DNA of 38,268 bases from Candidatus Bathyarchaeota archaeon (GCA_020346825.1 CP070791.1:1128887-1167154), one strand, 5' to 3'; numbered from the stretch's first letter, positions 1 through 10,432 are shown. Numbers and translations: made by a program. Notes: a model not told the origin generated them from the sequence alone.

Positions 1-696
1 TAACAAAGCTTTCTCTTCTATGATGCCCCCTCTTGCCGTGTTTATCAAGTAAGCTCCATCCTTCATTTTACCAATCTCACTTTTTCCAATCAATCCCCTA
101 GTTTCGTCGGTTAAAGGAGCGTGTATAGTTATAAAATCCGCTGTTTTCAGAAGTGTATCCAAGTCTACAACAACTTCATTTTCTTTAACGTAAGGGTCGT
201 AAGCAATAACATTGATTCCAAGCGCAGAAGCCATTCTATCCACTTCCTTTCCGATCCGGCCATAGCCAATTATGCCCAGAGTCTTGCCCTTTATGCGACA
301 GCCCTTCAACGCTTTCTTCTTCCATTCTCCTCGCTTCATCGATCTGTCTCCTTCTACAAGATTTGTGGAGTGCGCTAAGATGAAAGCGATAACTCCCTGC
401 GCAAGGTCGTAGGATTGAACGGGAACGTTATGAAAGCGTATCCCTTTTTCTTCTAAATAGTCCAAATCTACGTGATCTGTGCCATGGGTGGCACTTATTA
501 CACAACTTAAACTCTGCATTCTGTCAACTAGTCTTTTGTTAACCTTAGTTTTACTTCTAATTACAAGGATGGTGATATCGTCTAGTTGAACAGCCTCATC
601 ATTGGCAGATGCTCTGACAACCTCTCCCCACTTGGTTAGTTCATCAAAGAATTTCTCGCCGTAATTTCCAGCTACTAAGATCTTGTGTCTGTCCAT
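1..696 (-). CDS. D-isomer-specific 2-hydroxyacid dehydrogenase (SerA/PGDH-like), truncated by the window edge
   Basis: Missing from the ORF track; translated manually from ATG at 696: MDRHKILVAG...IRSKTKV...HGTDHVDLD...KTLGIIGYGRIG (Rossmann GxGxxG)...HAPLTDETRGLI...LINTARGGII. The frame is open to position 1. Confidence 0.9.
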   Translation of the reverse strand, partial: MDRHKILVAGNYGEKFFDELTKWGEVVRASANDEAVQLDDITILVIRSKTKVNKRLVDRMQSLSCVISATHGTDHVDLDYLEEKGIRFHNVPVQSYDLAQGVIAFILAHSTNLVEGDRSMKRGEWKKKALKGCRIKGKTLGIIGYGRIGKEVDRMASALGINVIAYDPYVKENEVVVDLDTLLKTADFITIHAPLTDETRGLIGKSEIGKMKDGAYLINTARGGIIEEKALL

Positions 697-820
697 CTAT
701 GTCGCCCGGTACATGGAGCCAATCTCGTGGTCTCCACACCTACTTAGCATGTGTCCATATTAAGATTGTGTGAATAGTTTTTTTTGGTTGTGTGAGATCT
801 TTGTTTCTTGGTATGTGCCA

Positions 821-838
821 AAAAAAACGCTTATAAAT
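821..838 (+). promoter_or_regulatory. Archaeal BRE/TATA promoter of the 867-2946 operon
   Basis: A-rich AAAAAAACGC followed by TTATAAAT (831-838), about 30 nt upstream of ATG 867, which suggests a short or leaderless transcript. Confidence 0.55.
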
Positions 839-866
839 TTTTGCAGAGCACTAATTCACGGTAAAA

Positions 867-1091
867 ATGTCTTTAGAAGGATTTAGCGAGTACAAACGGA
901 GAGAATTCTGCAACGATATAAGATGCCCTGTGCAGATGGAGCTAAATAAACAAATGGAAAAATCAGGAGAATACGAGAGAATCAGACAAACATGTAGAAA
1001 GGGGTGCAGATACACCACGTGGCAGTTTCACCACTGGCTCATGGAGAAAGGTTATTTGATTCTGAAACGAAAAGCTTTTGGAGGGAAATAA
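867..1091 (+). CDS. Small Cys/His-rich hypothetical protein, possibly metal-binding
   Basis: 74 aa with C-x4-C...C-x3-C...HH. It follows a TATA box, and its 3' end carries the GGAGG SD for the next gene, which starts 3 nt later. Confidence 0.7.
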   Translation: MSLEGFSEYKRREFCNDIRCPVQMELNKQMEKSGEYERIRQTCRKGCRYTTWQFHHWLMEKGYLILKRKAFGGK

Positions 1092-1094
1092 GAG

Positions 1095-1892
1095 ATGGAG
1101 TGGGGAATTAGGAACAGGTTGGCTCAACTAATACAAAAGGATGGTAGAGCTCTTTTTCTACCTATAGATCATGGGTACTTCCAAGGACCAACCCGGAAAC
1201 TGGAAAAACCTGGCGAAACCATAAAACCTTTGTTACCTTATGCAGACGCTATAATGCTGACAAGAGGCGTTTTGAGAAACTGTGTGGACCCAGTTGACAC
1301 AAAACCGGTAATACTACGCGTTTCAGGTGGAACGAGTGTCGTGGGAGAAGATCTAGCCAATGAAGGACTGATAACATCAATCATGGAAATTGTCAGGCTA
1401 AACGCCAGCGCCGTTTCGATGTCCGTGTTTGTGGGAAGCAAGTACGAACATCAAAGTCTCATAAACTTGGCAAGGCTTGTAGACGAGTGTGAAGACTACG
1501 GAATACCTGTGATGGCAGTAACAGCGGTGGGAAGAGAACTTGAAAAAAGAGAAGCGAGGTATCTAGCGTTGTGTTGCCGAATAGCTGCAGAGCTAGGTGC
1601 TAGAGTGGTGAAAACCTACTACTGCTCAGAAGACTTCCACAAAGTTGTCGAAGGATGCCCAGTGCCAGTAGTAATCGCAGGAGGACCCAAAGTAGACTCA
1701 GAACTGGAGGTGTTCGAATTTGTCTATGACGGCATACAGAGAGGCGCCATCGGGGTGAACCTTGGAAGAAACGTTTGGCAGTCAGAATACCCAGTAGCCA
1801 TGATCCGTGCAATAAGGGGCATAATCCACGAGAATTGCAAGCCGAAAGAAGCTCAAGACTTGTTCCAGCAGGTAAAAGCAGGAAAAGACTAG
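1095..1892 (+). CDS. lsrF: LsrF-like 3-hydroxy-5-phosphonooxypentane-2,4-dione thiolase (DhnA/class I aldolase family)
   Basis: WGIRNRL, DHGYFQGPT, EHQSL, RIAAELGARVVKTYY (Schiff-base Lys), GCPVPVVIAGG and GRNVWQS closely match LsrF motifs. Confidence 0.85.
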   Translation: MEWGIRNRLAQLIQKDGRALFLPIDHGYFQGPTRKLEKPGETIKPLLPYADAIMLTRGVLRNCVDPVDTKPVILRVSGGTSVVGEDLANEGLITSIMEIVRLNASAVSMSVFVGSKYEHQSLINLARLVDECEDYGIPVMAVTAVGRELEKREARYLALCCRIAAELGARVVKTYYCSEDFHKVVEGCPVPVVIAGGPKVDSELEVFEFVYDGIQRGAIGVNLGRNVWQSEYPVAMIRAIRGIIHENCKPKEAQDLFQQVKAGKD

Positions 1893-1917
1893 TGACTCCG
1901 CGTTTCCAGGTGAAACT

Positions 1918-2946
1918 ATGCTTGTAGCGGTATACTACAACAACAGAGATATAAGAATCCAAGAAATGGCTAAACCAGAAATCGCTTCTGATGAGATCCT
2001 AGTAAAGGTCATGGCTTGTGGCATATGTGGAAGCGACGTACTAGAGTGGTACAGAGCCGCAAAGGCTCCGAGAGTCTTGGGGCATGAAGCCACAGGAATC
2101 ATACAGAAGATTGGAGAAAAGGCAACACGATACAAAGTTGGAGATAGAGTTTTCGTATCGCATCATGTACCATGCAACAAATGTCAATATTGTCTAAAAG
2201 GGCACCACACGGCCTGCGAAACTCTACACACAACAAACTACGATCCGGGAGGATTATCTCAATACATACGCGTGGCAAAAATCAACGTCGAACGTGGTGT
2301 ATACAAACTACCATCAGACATGTCCTATCAAGATGGAACCTTCATTGAACCCCTTGCATGCGCAATCCGAGGCCAACGGCTTGCAGCAATCCAAAAAGAG
2401 GACACGTTGCTAGTAATTGGAAGCGGAATATCGGGAATACTGCACATTCAGCTAGCAAAACTGAAGGGGGTCCAAAGAATAGTTGCAGCAGACATAAACC
2501 CATGCCGCTTGAAGCTAGCTGCACAATTTGGAGCTTGCCACACGATAAATGCGAAAGAAAACCTTCCCCAAAAACTAAGAGAAATAAATGATGGAAAACC
2601 AGCAGACCAAGTAGTGATATGCACAGTAGCAAAACAAGCAGCCCTAGCAAGTTTTGAATGCGTCGACAGAGGCGGAACAATCCTGTTTTTTGCCGCGCCG
2701 GATCCCACAGTAAACGTTCCAGTACCTTTCACTCAATTCTGGAGAAACGAAATAACCATAAAAACCTCCTATGGCGCAGCACCCTACGATCTGGAGGAAT
2801 CTCTGGAGATTCTAGCGCAGAAGAAAGTAAACGTAACAGATATGATAACTCACCGATTAGGCCTTCTGCAGACAGCAGAAGGTTTCAAACTCGTGGCAGA
2901 TGCAAGCAAATCCCTAAAGGTAATTATTGAACCCAACAGGGTTTAG
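1918..2946 (+). CDS. Zn-dependent medium-chain dehydrogenase (L-iditol/sorbitol dehydrogenase-like)
   Basis: CGICGSD, GHE, structural-Zn C-x2-C-x2-C-x7-C, EPLAC and GSGISG Rossmann motifs. Confidence 0.9.
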   Translation: MLVAVYYNNRDIRIQEMAKPEIASDEILVKVMACGICGSDVLEWYRAAKAPRVLGHEATGIIQKIGEKATRYKVGDRVFVSHHVPCNKCQYCLKGHHTACETLHTTNYDPGGLSQYIRVAKINVERGVYKLPSDMSYQDGTFIEPLACAIRGQRLAAIQKEDTLLVIGSGISGILHIQLAKLKGVQRIVAADINPCRLKLAAQFGACHTINAKENLPQKLREINDGKPADQVVICTVAKQAALASFECVDRGGTILFFAAPDPTVNVPVPFTQFWRNEITIKTSYGAAPYDLEESLEILAQKKVNVTDMITHRLGLLQTAEGFKLVADASKSLKVIIEPNRV

Positions 2947-3030
2947 TCATGCGCCCGCGCATGTTACCTGCTAATACCCAGTGTCATTCTTCTATGTATT
3001 TCCTTGAGATTATGGATAGTAGCCCGCTTC

Positions 3031-3405
3031 TCAACGGCAAATGATAACCGCGAGATTAACCGCGACCACGAAAACGTATTACGCTACGAGAAAAGAGGGT
3101 ATTATAGTGAAAACCTTGCGTACGATTTGCCCTCCATGGGAACCAACTGCTTTCTTAGCTATTACATATAAAGCTCCAAAGACTAATACCAAACCAATCT
3201 TAATCCAAGCGTAAAGAAAGATTCGTATTTGCCCCCAAAGATGCAGCGTAACTGGGTTGACTTCGTACAATGGCGAAGTTGTCGCTATATCAAGGATATT
3301 CAATAGGAAGAGCGGCGTAAACCAAACTTCAAGAGACGATAACGATAACCACTTCATTTTCAGCTTCAAGCTATGGCCTCTTGAGCAATTAGTCAGTATT
3401 CCCAC
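3031..3405 (-). pseudogene. Small membrane protein (DUF5658-like) with an apparent premature TAA
   Basis: Hydrophobic ORF with LLNILDIATT...EVNP. After TAA (3079-3081) the same frame continues YVFVVAVNLAVIICR to TGA at 3031, completing a TM helix. Confidence 0.45.
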
Positions 3406-3513
3406 CTACGTTAGGAAATCGTATTCGTGTGCACACCAATATATTCGCATTCTTAAGTGAGAAAGGATTTTAGTGAGAAACATAGTCTATGGTTTTGTTG
3501 TGAAGGTGTGCTG

Positions 3514-5139
3514 ATGGCTAAGTTTATTTTTGTGACTGGGGGCGTGCTTTCTTCCGTCGGAAAGGGCATTGTCACTTCTTCTATTGGCAAGATGCTGCAG
3601 GTTAGGGGCTTCAAGGTTACGGTCATAAAGATAGATCCTTATGTAAACGTTGACGCGGGAACCATGAATCCTTACATCCATGGCGAAGTCTATGTTACGG
3701 ACGATGGAGGCGAAACAGACCTTGACCTCGGTGGATATGAAAGATTCCTAAACCTCAATCTACCCAAGGACAATAATATCACAACTGGGCAAATATATCA
3801 AACAGTCATCAACAAGGAACGGCGGGGCGACTTTCTAGGCAGATGTGTTCAGATAGTTCCTCACGTCACTGACGAGATTAAGCGTCGCGTTCGTATGGTT
3901 GCTGAACGGTCGAAGGTCGACGTTGTTTTGACAGAATGTGGAGGAACTGTTGGGGACATAGAAGGATTGCCTTTCCTCGAAGCGATCCGTCAGATGCGCC
4001 TAGAAGAAGGGTTTGACAACACGCTTTACGTTCATATTGCCCTTGTTCCGATCTTGGATGTCACAGGTGAAATGAAAACTAAGCCGCTCCAGCACAGCGT
4101 AAACGAGTTACGTCGCATAGGCATCCAACCAGATACAATCGTTGCCAGATGCAGGAAAATGATCGATTCCGAAGCTCTTCGGAAAGTAGCGCTTTTTGGC
4201 ACGATTCCCGAAAACGCAGTTTTTTGCTCCTACAACGTTCCATCCATCTATCAGGTTCCTTTAGTCTTGGATGAACAAGGTATGGGCAATTATGTATGCA
4301 AACGACTGCTTCTTCCAGAACGAAATCCCCAATGGAGTGAATGGAAAGAGTTTGTAAACTCTTTTGAAAACCCACAGTTTGAAGTTAAAATAGCGTTGGT
4401 TGGCAAATACGCAGGCTTAGTTGATAGTTACGTGAGTATGAACGAAGCTTTTCGACATGCCGGGGCTGCCTGTCAAACACAAGTGTTGATAGATTACATT
4501 GAAGCAGAAGATTTGGAGAAGACTCGGAGCAAATTGAAACTTCTAGAAGAATATGACGGAATCTTTATTCCCTACGGGTTTGGCTCCCGGGGAACTGAAG
4601 GAAAAATGAAGGCAATTCGTTTTTCCCGCGAAAATGACCTGCCTTTTCTAGGAGTTTGTTATGGTTTTCAGTTGGCGGTCGTTGAATTCGCACGCAACGT
4701 TTGCGAACTGAAGGAGGCTTACAGCACCGAAGTTAACCCCGAGGCTCTACATCCTGTGATCGACCTGATGCCAGAACAAAGGGGCGTCAAACGTAAAGGG
4801 GCGACTATGCGTTTAGGCGCACACAAGATCATAATTAAGACGGGGACGTTAGCACATAGACTCTACGGCGCTGAAGAGATCTATGAGCGCCATCGCCACC
4901 GATGGGAAGTGAATCAAGATTATTGGAAAACCCTAGAGAAGCACGGATTGGTCTTCTCTGGCAAGAGTCCTGACGGCAGAAGAATGGAGATTCTGGAATT
5001 GCCTGACAGATATTTCTTCTTTGCCTCCCAGTTCCACGGAGAATTCAAAAGTAGACCTGGAAAGCCTGATCCAGAATACTACGGTTTTGTCAAGGCATGC
5101 CTAGACAAGAAAAAGAGAAAAGCAAAACCAGAATTCTAG
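3514..5139 (+). CDS. pyrG: CTP synthase
   Basis: [35 protein letters not shown], GATase GVCYGFQ and [10 protein letters not shown]. Start set at ATG 3514 after GGTG. Confidence 0.98.
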   Translation: MAKFIFVTGGVLSSVGKGIVTSSIGKMLQVRGFKVTVIKIDPYVNVDAGTMNPYIHGEVYVTDDGGETDLDLGGYERFLNLNLPKDNNITTGQIYQTVINKERRGDFLGRCVQIVPHVTDEIKRRVRMVAERSKVDVVLTECGGTVGDIEGLPFLEAIRQMRLEEGFDNTLYVHIALVPILDVTGEMKTKPLQHSVNELRRIGIQPDTIVARCRKMIDSEALRKVALFGTIPENAVFCSYNVPSIYQVPLVLDEQGMGNYVCKRLLLPERNPQWSEWKEFVNSFENPQFEVKIALVGKYAGLVDSYVSMNEAFRHAGAACQTQVLIDYIEAEDLEKTRSKLKLLEEYDGIFIPYGFGSRGTEGKMKAIRFSRENDLPFLGVCYGFQLAVVEFARNVCELKEAYSTEVNPEALHPVIDLMPEQRGVKRKGATMRLGAHKIIIKTGTLAHRLYGAEEIYERHRHRWEVNQDYWKTLEKHGLVFSGKSPDGRRMEILELPDRYFFFASQFHGEFKSRPGKPDPEYYGFVKACLDKKKRKAKPEF

Positions 5140-5191
5140 GTGACGCGAGTAATTCTTGAGCTACCTTAAATCTCCGTGAATTGAAAACTTG

Positions 5192-6049
5192 ATGGGGCGC
5201 GCTTTGGTGCACATTGTTGTTTCCAAATATGGGAAAATCGACAATGAAGAAGTGTCTAAAGTTTTTGAGGCAATGGAAGAGTGTTATAGCCAACTGGCTC
5301 CACATGATGTTTCTCTCGTCGATTTATACCTGTTTGAACGATCTTCTTCGGTTATAGCCTTTTTTGCAAAAGAGTACCGAAAATTCGGAGTTGTTTCCGC
5401 GCACTTCGATGAACGATTTTTCGCTATGCACGATGCTTGGCGGGGGATCCCTCGAATCACCCTCTCCTTCGAGAAAATGAAGGAGTTGCCAGAGCTAGTT
5501 AGAATCGGAGGAATCCGTCATGAGGTAGGGCACTCGGTCCTGCATGGCAATCTACGTTATTATATTCTTTCAGCTCCTCCTGCTCTTCTGGAGATTGCTG
5601 ATCGCTTCAACCTCTCCTTTGAGTGTGTGACAAACCTGCTTTATCTGGTGTCTATCGCGGTAAAAGATTACGAGGTGACTCGCCTTCTTCATCAGCGAGG
5701 TTATATTGAAGACCAAATAAACTACGCGAAACATTTGTTACAGGTTTCTGAAGAGGAACGGCTTTCATGGGAGCTATCACGAGGTAAGCCGGCGGCTGAA
5801 GCCCTGTGCTTGATCTCCTATTTAAAAACTGGCGGGTGTGCTGTCCCTTTTTTGCTTGACAAGAAGTTTGGCGAAGAAATGAAGCAGCGTCTTATGGAAA
5901 GTCGATCTTACCTCCCTTCAGACCGCTCAGCTCTTCTTTTGAAGGTGATTGAGGAAGGGTTCACCTCTTTGGAAACAGATACTTTAGAAAATGTTGCTCT
6001 AATGACAGGTAAATGTAAGCCCATTTTTGAAGCAGTATTCAACAGATAG
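5192..6049 (+). CDS. Hypothetical protein with HEXXH motif (putative zincin-like metallopeptidase)
   Basis: IRHEVGHSVLH preceded by a beta-like PRITL segment, with a downstream KDYEV as possible third ligand. Confidence 0.6.
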   Translation: MGRALVHIVVSKYGKIDNEEVSKVFEAMEECYSQLAPHDVSLVDLYLFERSSSVIAFFAKEYRKFGVVSAHFDERFFAMHDAWRGIPRITLSFEKMKELPELVRIGGIRHEVGHSVLHGNLRYYILSAPPALLEIADRFNLSFECVTNLLYLVSIAVKDYEVTRLLHQRGYIEDQINYAKHLLQVSEEERLSWELSRGKPAAEALCLISYLKTGGCAVPFLLDKKFGEEMKQRLMESRSYLPSDRSALLLKVIEEGFTSLETDTLENVALMTGKCKPIFEAVFNR

Positions 6050-6229
6050 ACTAGAAAGTCAGGCAAAGGATAACATGCGTGCAGGGTGGATTGGGCGGAG
6101 CGTTGGCAGAAGTTCCGGGAAACATATCGCGCGCGCCTTTTAGGAATTCTCATAGCCGTTGTTTTACGAAGAAGACGGCCTGAGATCCTGAAACAATGAA
6201 CATTGTTTGGAAAAGGTTCGGGCATTCTT

Positions 6230-7258
6230 TCATTTGTCTGTGAGTTGTTTTGCAAGGGCAGCCCAGAGATGGTCACTAGCCGGCCTGACCAAATTGATTA
6301 GTACTCCTTTCTTCGTGATCATTTTTCTTCCTAGGCTGTGTTTTGTTACCTCGCCTATTACCGATGCGCAGATGTCGTTTTGCGACAATTCACATAGGAT
6401 TTCTTCTGTCTTCTCTTCCTTGGCTACTATGAGCAATGACCCGGAGCTAATGAGTTGAAGAGGATCTATTTCGAAGTATGCACATATCCTTCTTGTTTCC
6501 TCAGGAACCGAGATTCTTTCTTCGTATACTTTAAAGCCAACGTTTGCGGCGTCAGCTAATTCATGTAACCCACCGGCCACTCCTCCTTCTGTTGGGTCGT
6601 GCATCGCTGAAACTCCACCTGTCTTAAATGCCTTGATGGCGTCGTTAACCACGCTGATCTTTTCAAAGAATCGCGTAGCTCTTTTGACGAAGCTTTCATC
6701 GAATGCTTTGAGAAGCTCCCGTCTCCGGTCCGAAGCCAATATGGCGGTTCCTTCTATTCCAGACCCTTTGGTCAGAATGATCTTGTTTCCTATCTTCGCT
6801 CCGCTGGAGGTCACAAATTTTCCGTCTTCTGCCACACCCATGGCGTAACCAGTTACGATCGAGTGTTCTAAGCCTAGCGTAATTTCGCAGTGACCCCCTA
6901 TAATGGCTATGTTCAATTGATCCGCAGCTTTGCTCATTTGACTGCAAATTTTGTCAATAAGTTCTTCTTTCGAATCTCTATGTAGAAGTATGCTGGAAGT
7001 AAACCATCGAGGTTGAACCCCGCATGTCGCAACATCGTTTGCGCTAACATTTACGGCTAACCACCCCAACCACTCTTCTGCTCCGGTTATCGGATCAGCC
7101 GCCATCACGAGAATTTCTTTCCCAGCCTTGACTATGGCTGCGTCTTCGCCGATGGAAGGGCCAAGAATAACATCGTCTCTTTTTGTTCCTAGACGTTTGA
7201 ACACTATCTTTTGCAAAACTTCTGTTGGCACCTTACCTGGAAGAAAATCCATTTTCAC
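6230..7258 (-). CDS. AIR synthase-related (PurM/HypE/ThiL-like) protein
   Basis: GEDAA, DPITG, NDVATCG, GGHCEIT, AMHDPTEGGV and DPLQLISSGSLL. It lacks the C-terminal PRIC of HypE. Confidence 0.85.
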   Translation of the reverse strand: MKMDFLPGKVPTEVLQKIVFKRLGTKRDDVILGPSIGEDAAIVKAGKEILVMAADPITGAEEWLGWLAVNVSANDVATCGVQPRWFTSSILLHRDSKEELIDKICSQMSKAADQLNIAIIGGHCEITLGLEHSIVTGYAMGVAEDGKFVTSSGAKIGNKIILTKGSGIEGTAILASDRRRELLKAFDESFVKRATRFFEKISVVNDAIKAFKTGGVSAMHDPTEGGVAGGLHELADAANVGFKVYEERISVPEETRRICAYFEIDPLQLISSGSLLIVAKEEKTEEILCELSQNDICASVIGEVTKHSLGRKMITKKGVLINLVRPASDHLWAALAKQLTDK

Positions 7259-7347
7259 TCCTGCTCTTTGTATATTTCAAGAGCTTTAAAGAGATTAAGG
7301 TATATCTTTCTCTCTATACAGAACAGAGAGCAGAAGGCGAGTTTGCT

Positions 7348-8106
7348 TTGAACGTTCCAACAAATTTAGTGTTCACTGCAAAGGATGTTGCTAAGGCGGT
7401 TCAAAATGGAGATGTAATCATCGTTATCGATGCCTTTAGATGCAGTTCCACCATTGTTACAGCCTTGGCGAACGGTGCTGAAGGAGTGATTCCAACAAGA
7501 ACTGTCAAAGAAGCTCGTAGGCTTCATGAGAAGCACCCCGAGTTTATATTAGCTGGCGAGAGGAGGGGAATCAAACCAAGAGGATTCGATTTAGGAAACT
7601 CTCCGCTTGAATTCATTCCTCAAAAGGTCAGGAAAAAATACGTAATTTTGACTACCACAAGCGGCACAAAAGCCATAATTTCATCCAAAAACGCGAAGCA
7701 CGTATTGACTGGGTCCTTTTTAAACGCTGAAGCTACTGCAAAAGCCGCTCTAGAGATTGCCCAGCAATCAAAGACTGGAATCTCTGTTCTCCCAGCAGGA
7801 ACGAATGGACGCTTTTCTCTAGAAGATTTCATTTGCGCCGGAGCAATTGCTGAGAATTTTCTAGTAAACAATTTTGAACACTCAGACGCTGTTTCGGCGG
7901 CATCCTTAGCTTTTCAACGGGTACGCACATCACTGGACAGAGTACTTCAATCTGGACAACACGCACGATATCTCACAAGCCAAGGATTCAAGGAAGATGT
8001 GAAATTCTGCTCACAATTAAACGTCTTCAGAATTGTTCCTTCTTTGAAAGGGGAGACCGTCATCCCTCTAAATGAATCGTCTTTATCTCATCGACATGAG
8101 TCTTAG
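7348..8106 (+). CDS. comB: 2-phosphosulfolactate phosphatase (ComB family)
   Basis: IVIDAFRCSSTI, LAGERRG, FDLGNSP, LTTTSGT and SLEDFICAG. Start at TTG 7348 is inferred. Confidence 0.88.
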   Translation: MNVPTNLVFTAKDVAKAVQNGDVIIVIDAFRCSSTIVTALANGAEGVIPTRTVKEARRLHEKHPEFILAGERRGIKPRGFDLGNSPLEFIPQKVRKKYVILTTTSGTKAIISSKNAKHVLTGSFLNAEATAKAALEIAQQSKTGISVLPAGTNGRFSLEDFICAGAIAENFLVNNFEHSDAVSAASLAFQRVRTSLDRVLQSGQHARYLTSQGFKEDVKFCSQLNVFRIVPSLKGETVIPLNESSLSHRHES

Positions 8107-9129
8107 TTTCAACCTGAAATCCTGCAAGGTGGGTTGAACGTCATTTCTTATGAAGCCTTTGTCTATAAGTTCAAAATCCCTTACGCGTCTCCTAGACTGT
8201 ATCAACACCCTCTTCACCCATATGCTTCTGAATCCTGTCATTGAGCTTAGCAATCCTTTCAGGGTTGCTTTGGCTTCACTCGACTTCTTCAAAACAAGAA
8301 AGCCAACCGAAACCATGGACATTAGAAAACTCAAAACCAAGAATCTCCACCAAAGATTTCTAAACTCAAAGTTCTTTAACAGAGTGCATATCCGGTTCTT
8401 GGCAGAATGATAAACGGTATTTTGGTCAATTCCCCTCATGACGCTGCCGTGATGGACTATAACCGAGGACGGTACGAGGAGTACTCTGTATCCAAGCAAT
8501 CTTGCTCGGAGAGAAAGGTCGGTATCATCATCGTAAATGAAGTAGTCTGAGTCGAAGCCTCCAACTTCATAAAAAACGTCTCTATTGACTATGCAACAAC
8601 CGGATGATGCAGCCAAAATCTCAAAATTCTCTTCGAGTTCCTCTTCTTTCAAACCATAAGTTGCAGTCCAAGTTCCAAGCGCATCGATACCCATGCAAAC
8701 ATAGTCTAGCCGACGCGGGTCTTCAGCCAATACAACTTTTGCCTGCGCAACGCCAATGGACTCGTCGCTTTCCATAACTCTGACTAATTCCCAAAGCCAA
8801 TCTTCATCCTTTGGTTCTGTGTCACTATCCAAGAAAACAAAATATCTCCCTTTGGCTTCTCGCGCCCCAATGTTGCAGCCCTCAGCATGCCCCAAGTTCT
8901 CTTGATTTTCAACAATCTTCAACTTGGAATGTACGCCGAACATCTTTTCTAACGAACGTACGCTTCCGTCTGTCGAAGCATTGTCAACAACGATGATCTC
9001 AAAGTTGGGGTATTTGGTAGCTAAGAGAGCCCCTACGCAAGATTCCAAGAGTTCTTTTCCATTGAAGTTAACAATTATGGTTGAAACCGAAGGACAATGC
9101 TCATCCTTCTTAAGCATAGTTGCCATCAA
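8083..9129 (-). CDS. Glycosyltransferase family 2
   Basis: VVDNASTDGS, NLGHAEGCNIGA, FLDSD, GGFDSDYFIYDDDTDL and a C-terminal hydrophobic segment. Confidence 0.9.
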   Translation of the reverse strand: MMATMLKKDEHCPSVSTIIVNFNGKELLESCVGALLATKYPNFEIIVVDNASTDGSVRSLEKMFGVHSKLKIVENQENLGHAEGCNIGAREAKGRYFVFLDSDTEPKDEDWLWELVRVMESDESIGVAQAKVVLAEDPRRLDYVCMGIDALGTWTATYGLKEEELEENFEILAASSGCCIVNRDVFYEVGGFDSDYFIYDDDTDLSLRARLLGYRVLLVPSSVIVHHGSVMRGIDQNTVYHSAKNRICTLLKNFEFRNLWWRFLVLSFLMSMVSVGFLVLKKSSEAKATLKGLLSSMTGFRSIWVKRVLIQSRRRVRDFELIDKGFIRNDVQPTLQDFRLKLRLMSMR

Positions 9130-9272
9130 TTACGGGATCCTCGGTCTTGCTCCAAGTTTTGTTTACCTGCAAGGTTCTAAAACTTGTTGATTTGGCTGAC
9201 TTAAAGCCTTTTTTACGCAAAAAATAAATTGGGTGGGGTCGCTTCCTACCAAATGTGGACGAAGCGATAGTA

Positions 9273-10295
9273 ATGGAAAGTATCAAGTCGCAGCCTTCAG
9301 TATCGGTCATAGTTCCTGTGCGAAACGGAGAACCAACAATAGACCCTTTGCTTGAGTCTCTCCAAAGACAAGACTACGACAAGAAGAGAGTAGAAGTAAT
9401 CGTGGTTGACGGAAACTCGACAGACAAAACTAGAGACATAGTCAAGAAACATCCCGTGAAGTTGGTTGTAGAGAGAAGGAAAGGACTAAACGCTGCAAGA
9501 AACACGGGAGTAAAGGATAGCAACGGTGACATTGTCGCATTCACCGACTGCGACTGTGTAGTACCTAACAATTGGATTACAAAAATCGTGGAGAACTTTA
9601 AGGATCCCCACGTCAGTTGCGTAGGAGGAAGCGCAAAAGGACTCAACGGCGACTTCATATCTCAATACGCCGATAACAGCATAGTGCCTCTAATGCCGTT
9701 CTTCGATAAAAGAGAGGAGCTTACCACGGTGAAACCGTTTCTACGTCATCCAGCAGGATGCAACATGGCTTTCAGACGAAAAACAGCGGACGAAGTTGGG
9801 TGGTTTGACGAAGATATTCAGTATGGCTTTGATGAAGTCGAGTTTAGTGAAAGAGTGTGCAAAGCTGGTTACAAAATGGTCCTGGATCCTAACGTTTTTG
9901 TCTGGCATAAACATAGGTCAACACTCAGAGAGTTCTTGAAGCAGAATTTTCAATACGGCAGGGGAAGTGGAGTCTTGCTCAAGAAAGGAAGGATGAAAGA
10001 CGCCGTTTCTACATGGTCTTTCCTAAGCCTCATGGGTTTCATGACTTGGTTGTTAATAGTTGGATCGTTGTCTTTTCTGACGTTTACCTCTAATTGGATC
10101 GTTTTCCCCCTACTTCTGTTTGGGTTCACAGTAGTACCCATACTTGTTCCTATGATAGTCTATGCTCACAGAGCAATAGAGAATAGACGGTATGCGAGGG
10201 CAATCACTTATCCGTTCATTGATTTCCTTAGGGTGTTCTCTTTCTGTCTGGGGGAAATCTTTGAACTTTTCAAGAAATCTGAACAAATTATGTAG
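9273..10295 (+). CDS. Glycosyltransferase family 2 with C-terminal TM helices
   Basis: VSVIVPVRN, VVDGNSTD, ARNTG, FTDCDC, GCNMAFRR, QNFQYGRG and two to three C-terminal TM segments. Confidence 0.9.
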   Translation: MESIKSQPSVSVIVPVRNGEPTIDPLLESLQRQDYDKKRVEVIVVDGNSTDKTRDIVKKHPVKLVVERRKGLNAARNTGVKDSNGDIVAFTDCDCVVPNNWITKIVENFKDPHVSCVGGSAKGLNGDFISQYADNSIVPLMPFFDKREELTTVKPFLRHPAGCNMAFRRKTADEVGWFDEDIQYGFDEVEFSERVCKAGYKMVLDPNVFVWHKHRSTLREFLKQNFQYGRGSGVLLKKGRMKDAVSTWSFLSLMGFMTWLLIVGSLSFLTFTSNWIVFPLLLFGFTVVPILVPMIVYAHRAIENRRYARAITYPFIDFLRVFSFCLGEIFELFKKSEQIM

Positions 10296-10432
10296 TGAGA
10301 CAATATGACCGTTTTTTTCTATTGCGCTATCAGCAAGTCTACATGGCCCTGCCTCGCGCCCGCGGCATTCTGGCCTTTCTGTGGCTAGGAAAAGTTATTG
10401 CGTAATGTTTCGAATTCTTTGGTGCTTCCATT

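Noticed and set aside
6230..7258. Calling the gene hypE, purM or selD
   Set aside because: It lacks the HypE C-terminal PRIC and the SelD N-terminal Cys/Sec-x-x-Lys motif, so only a family-level call is supportable.
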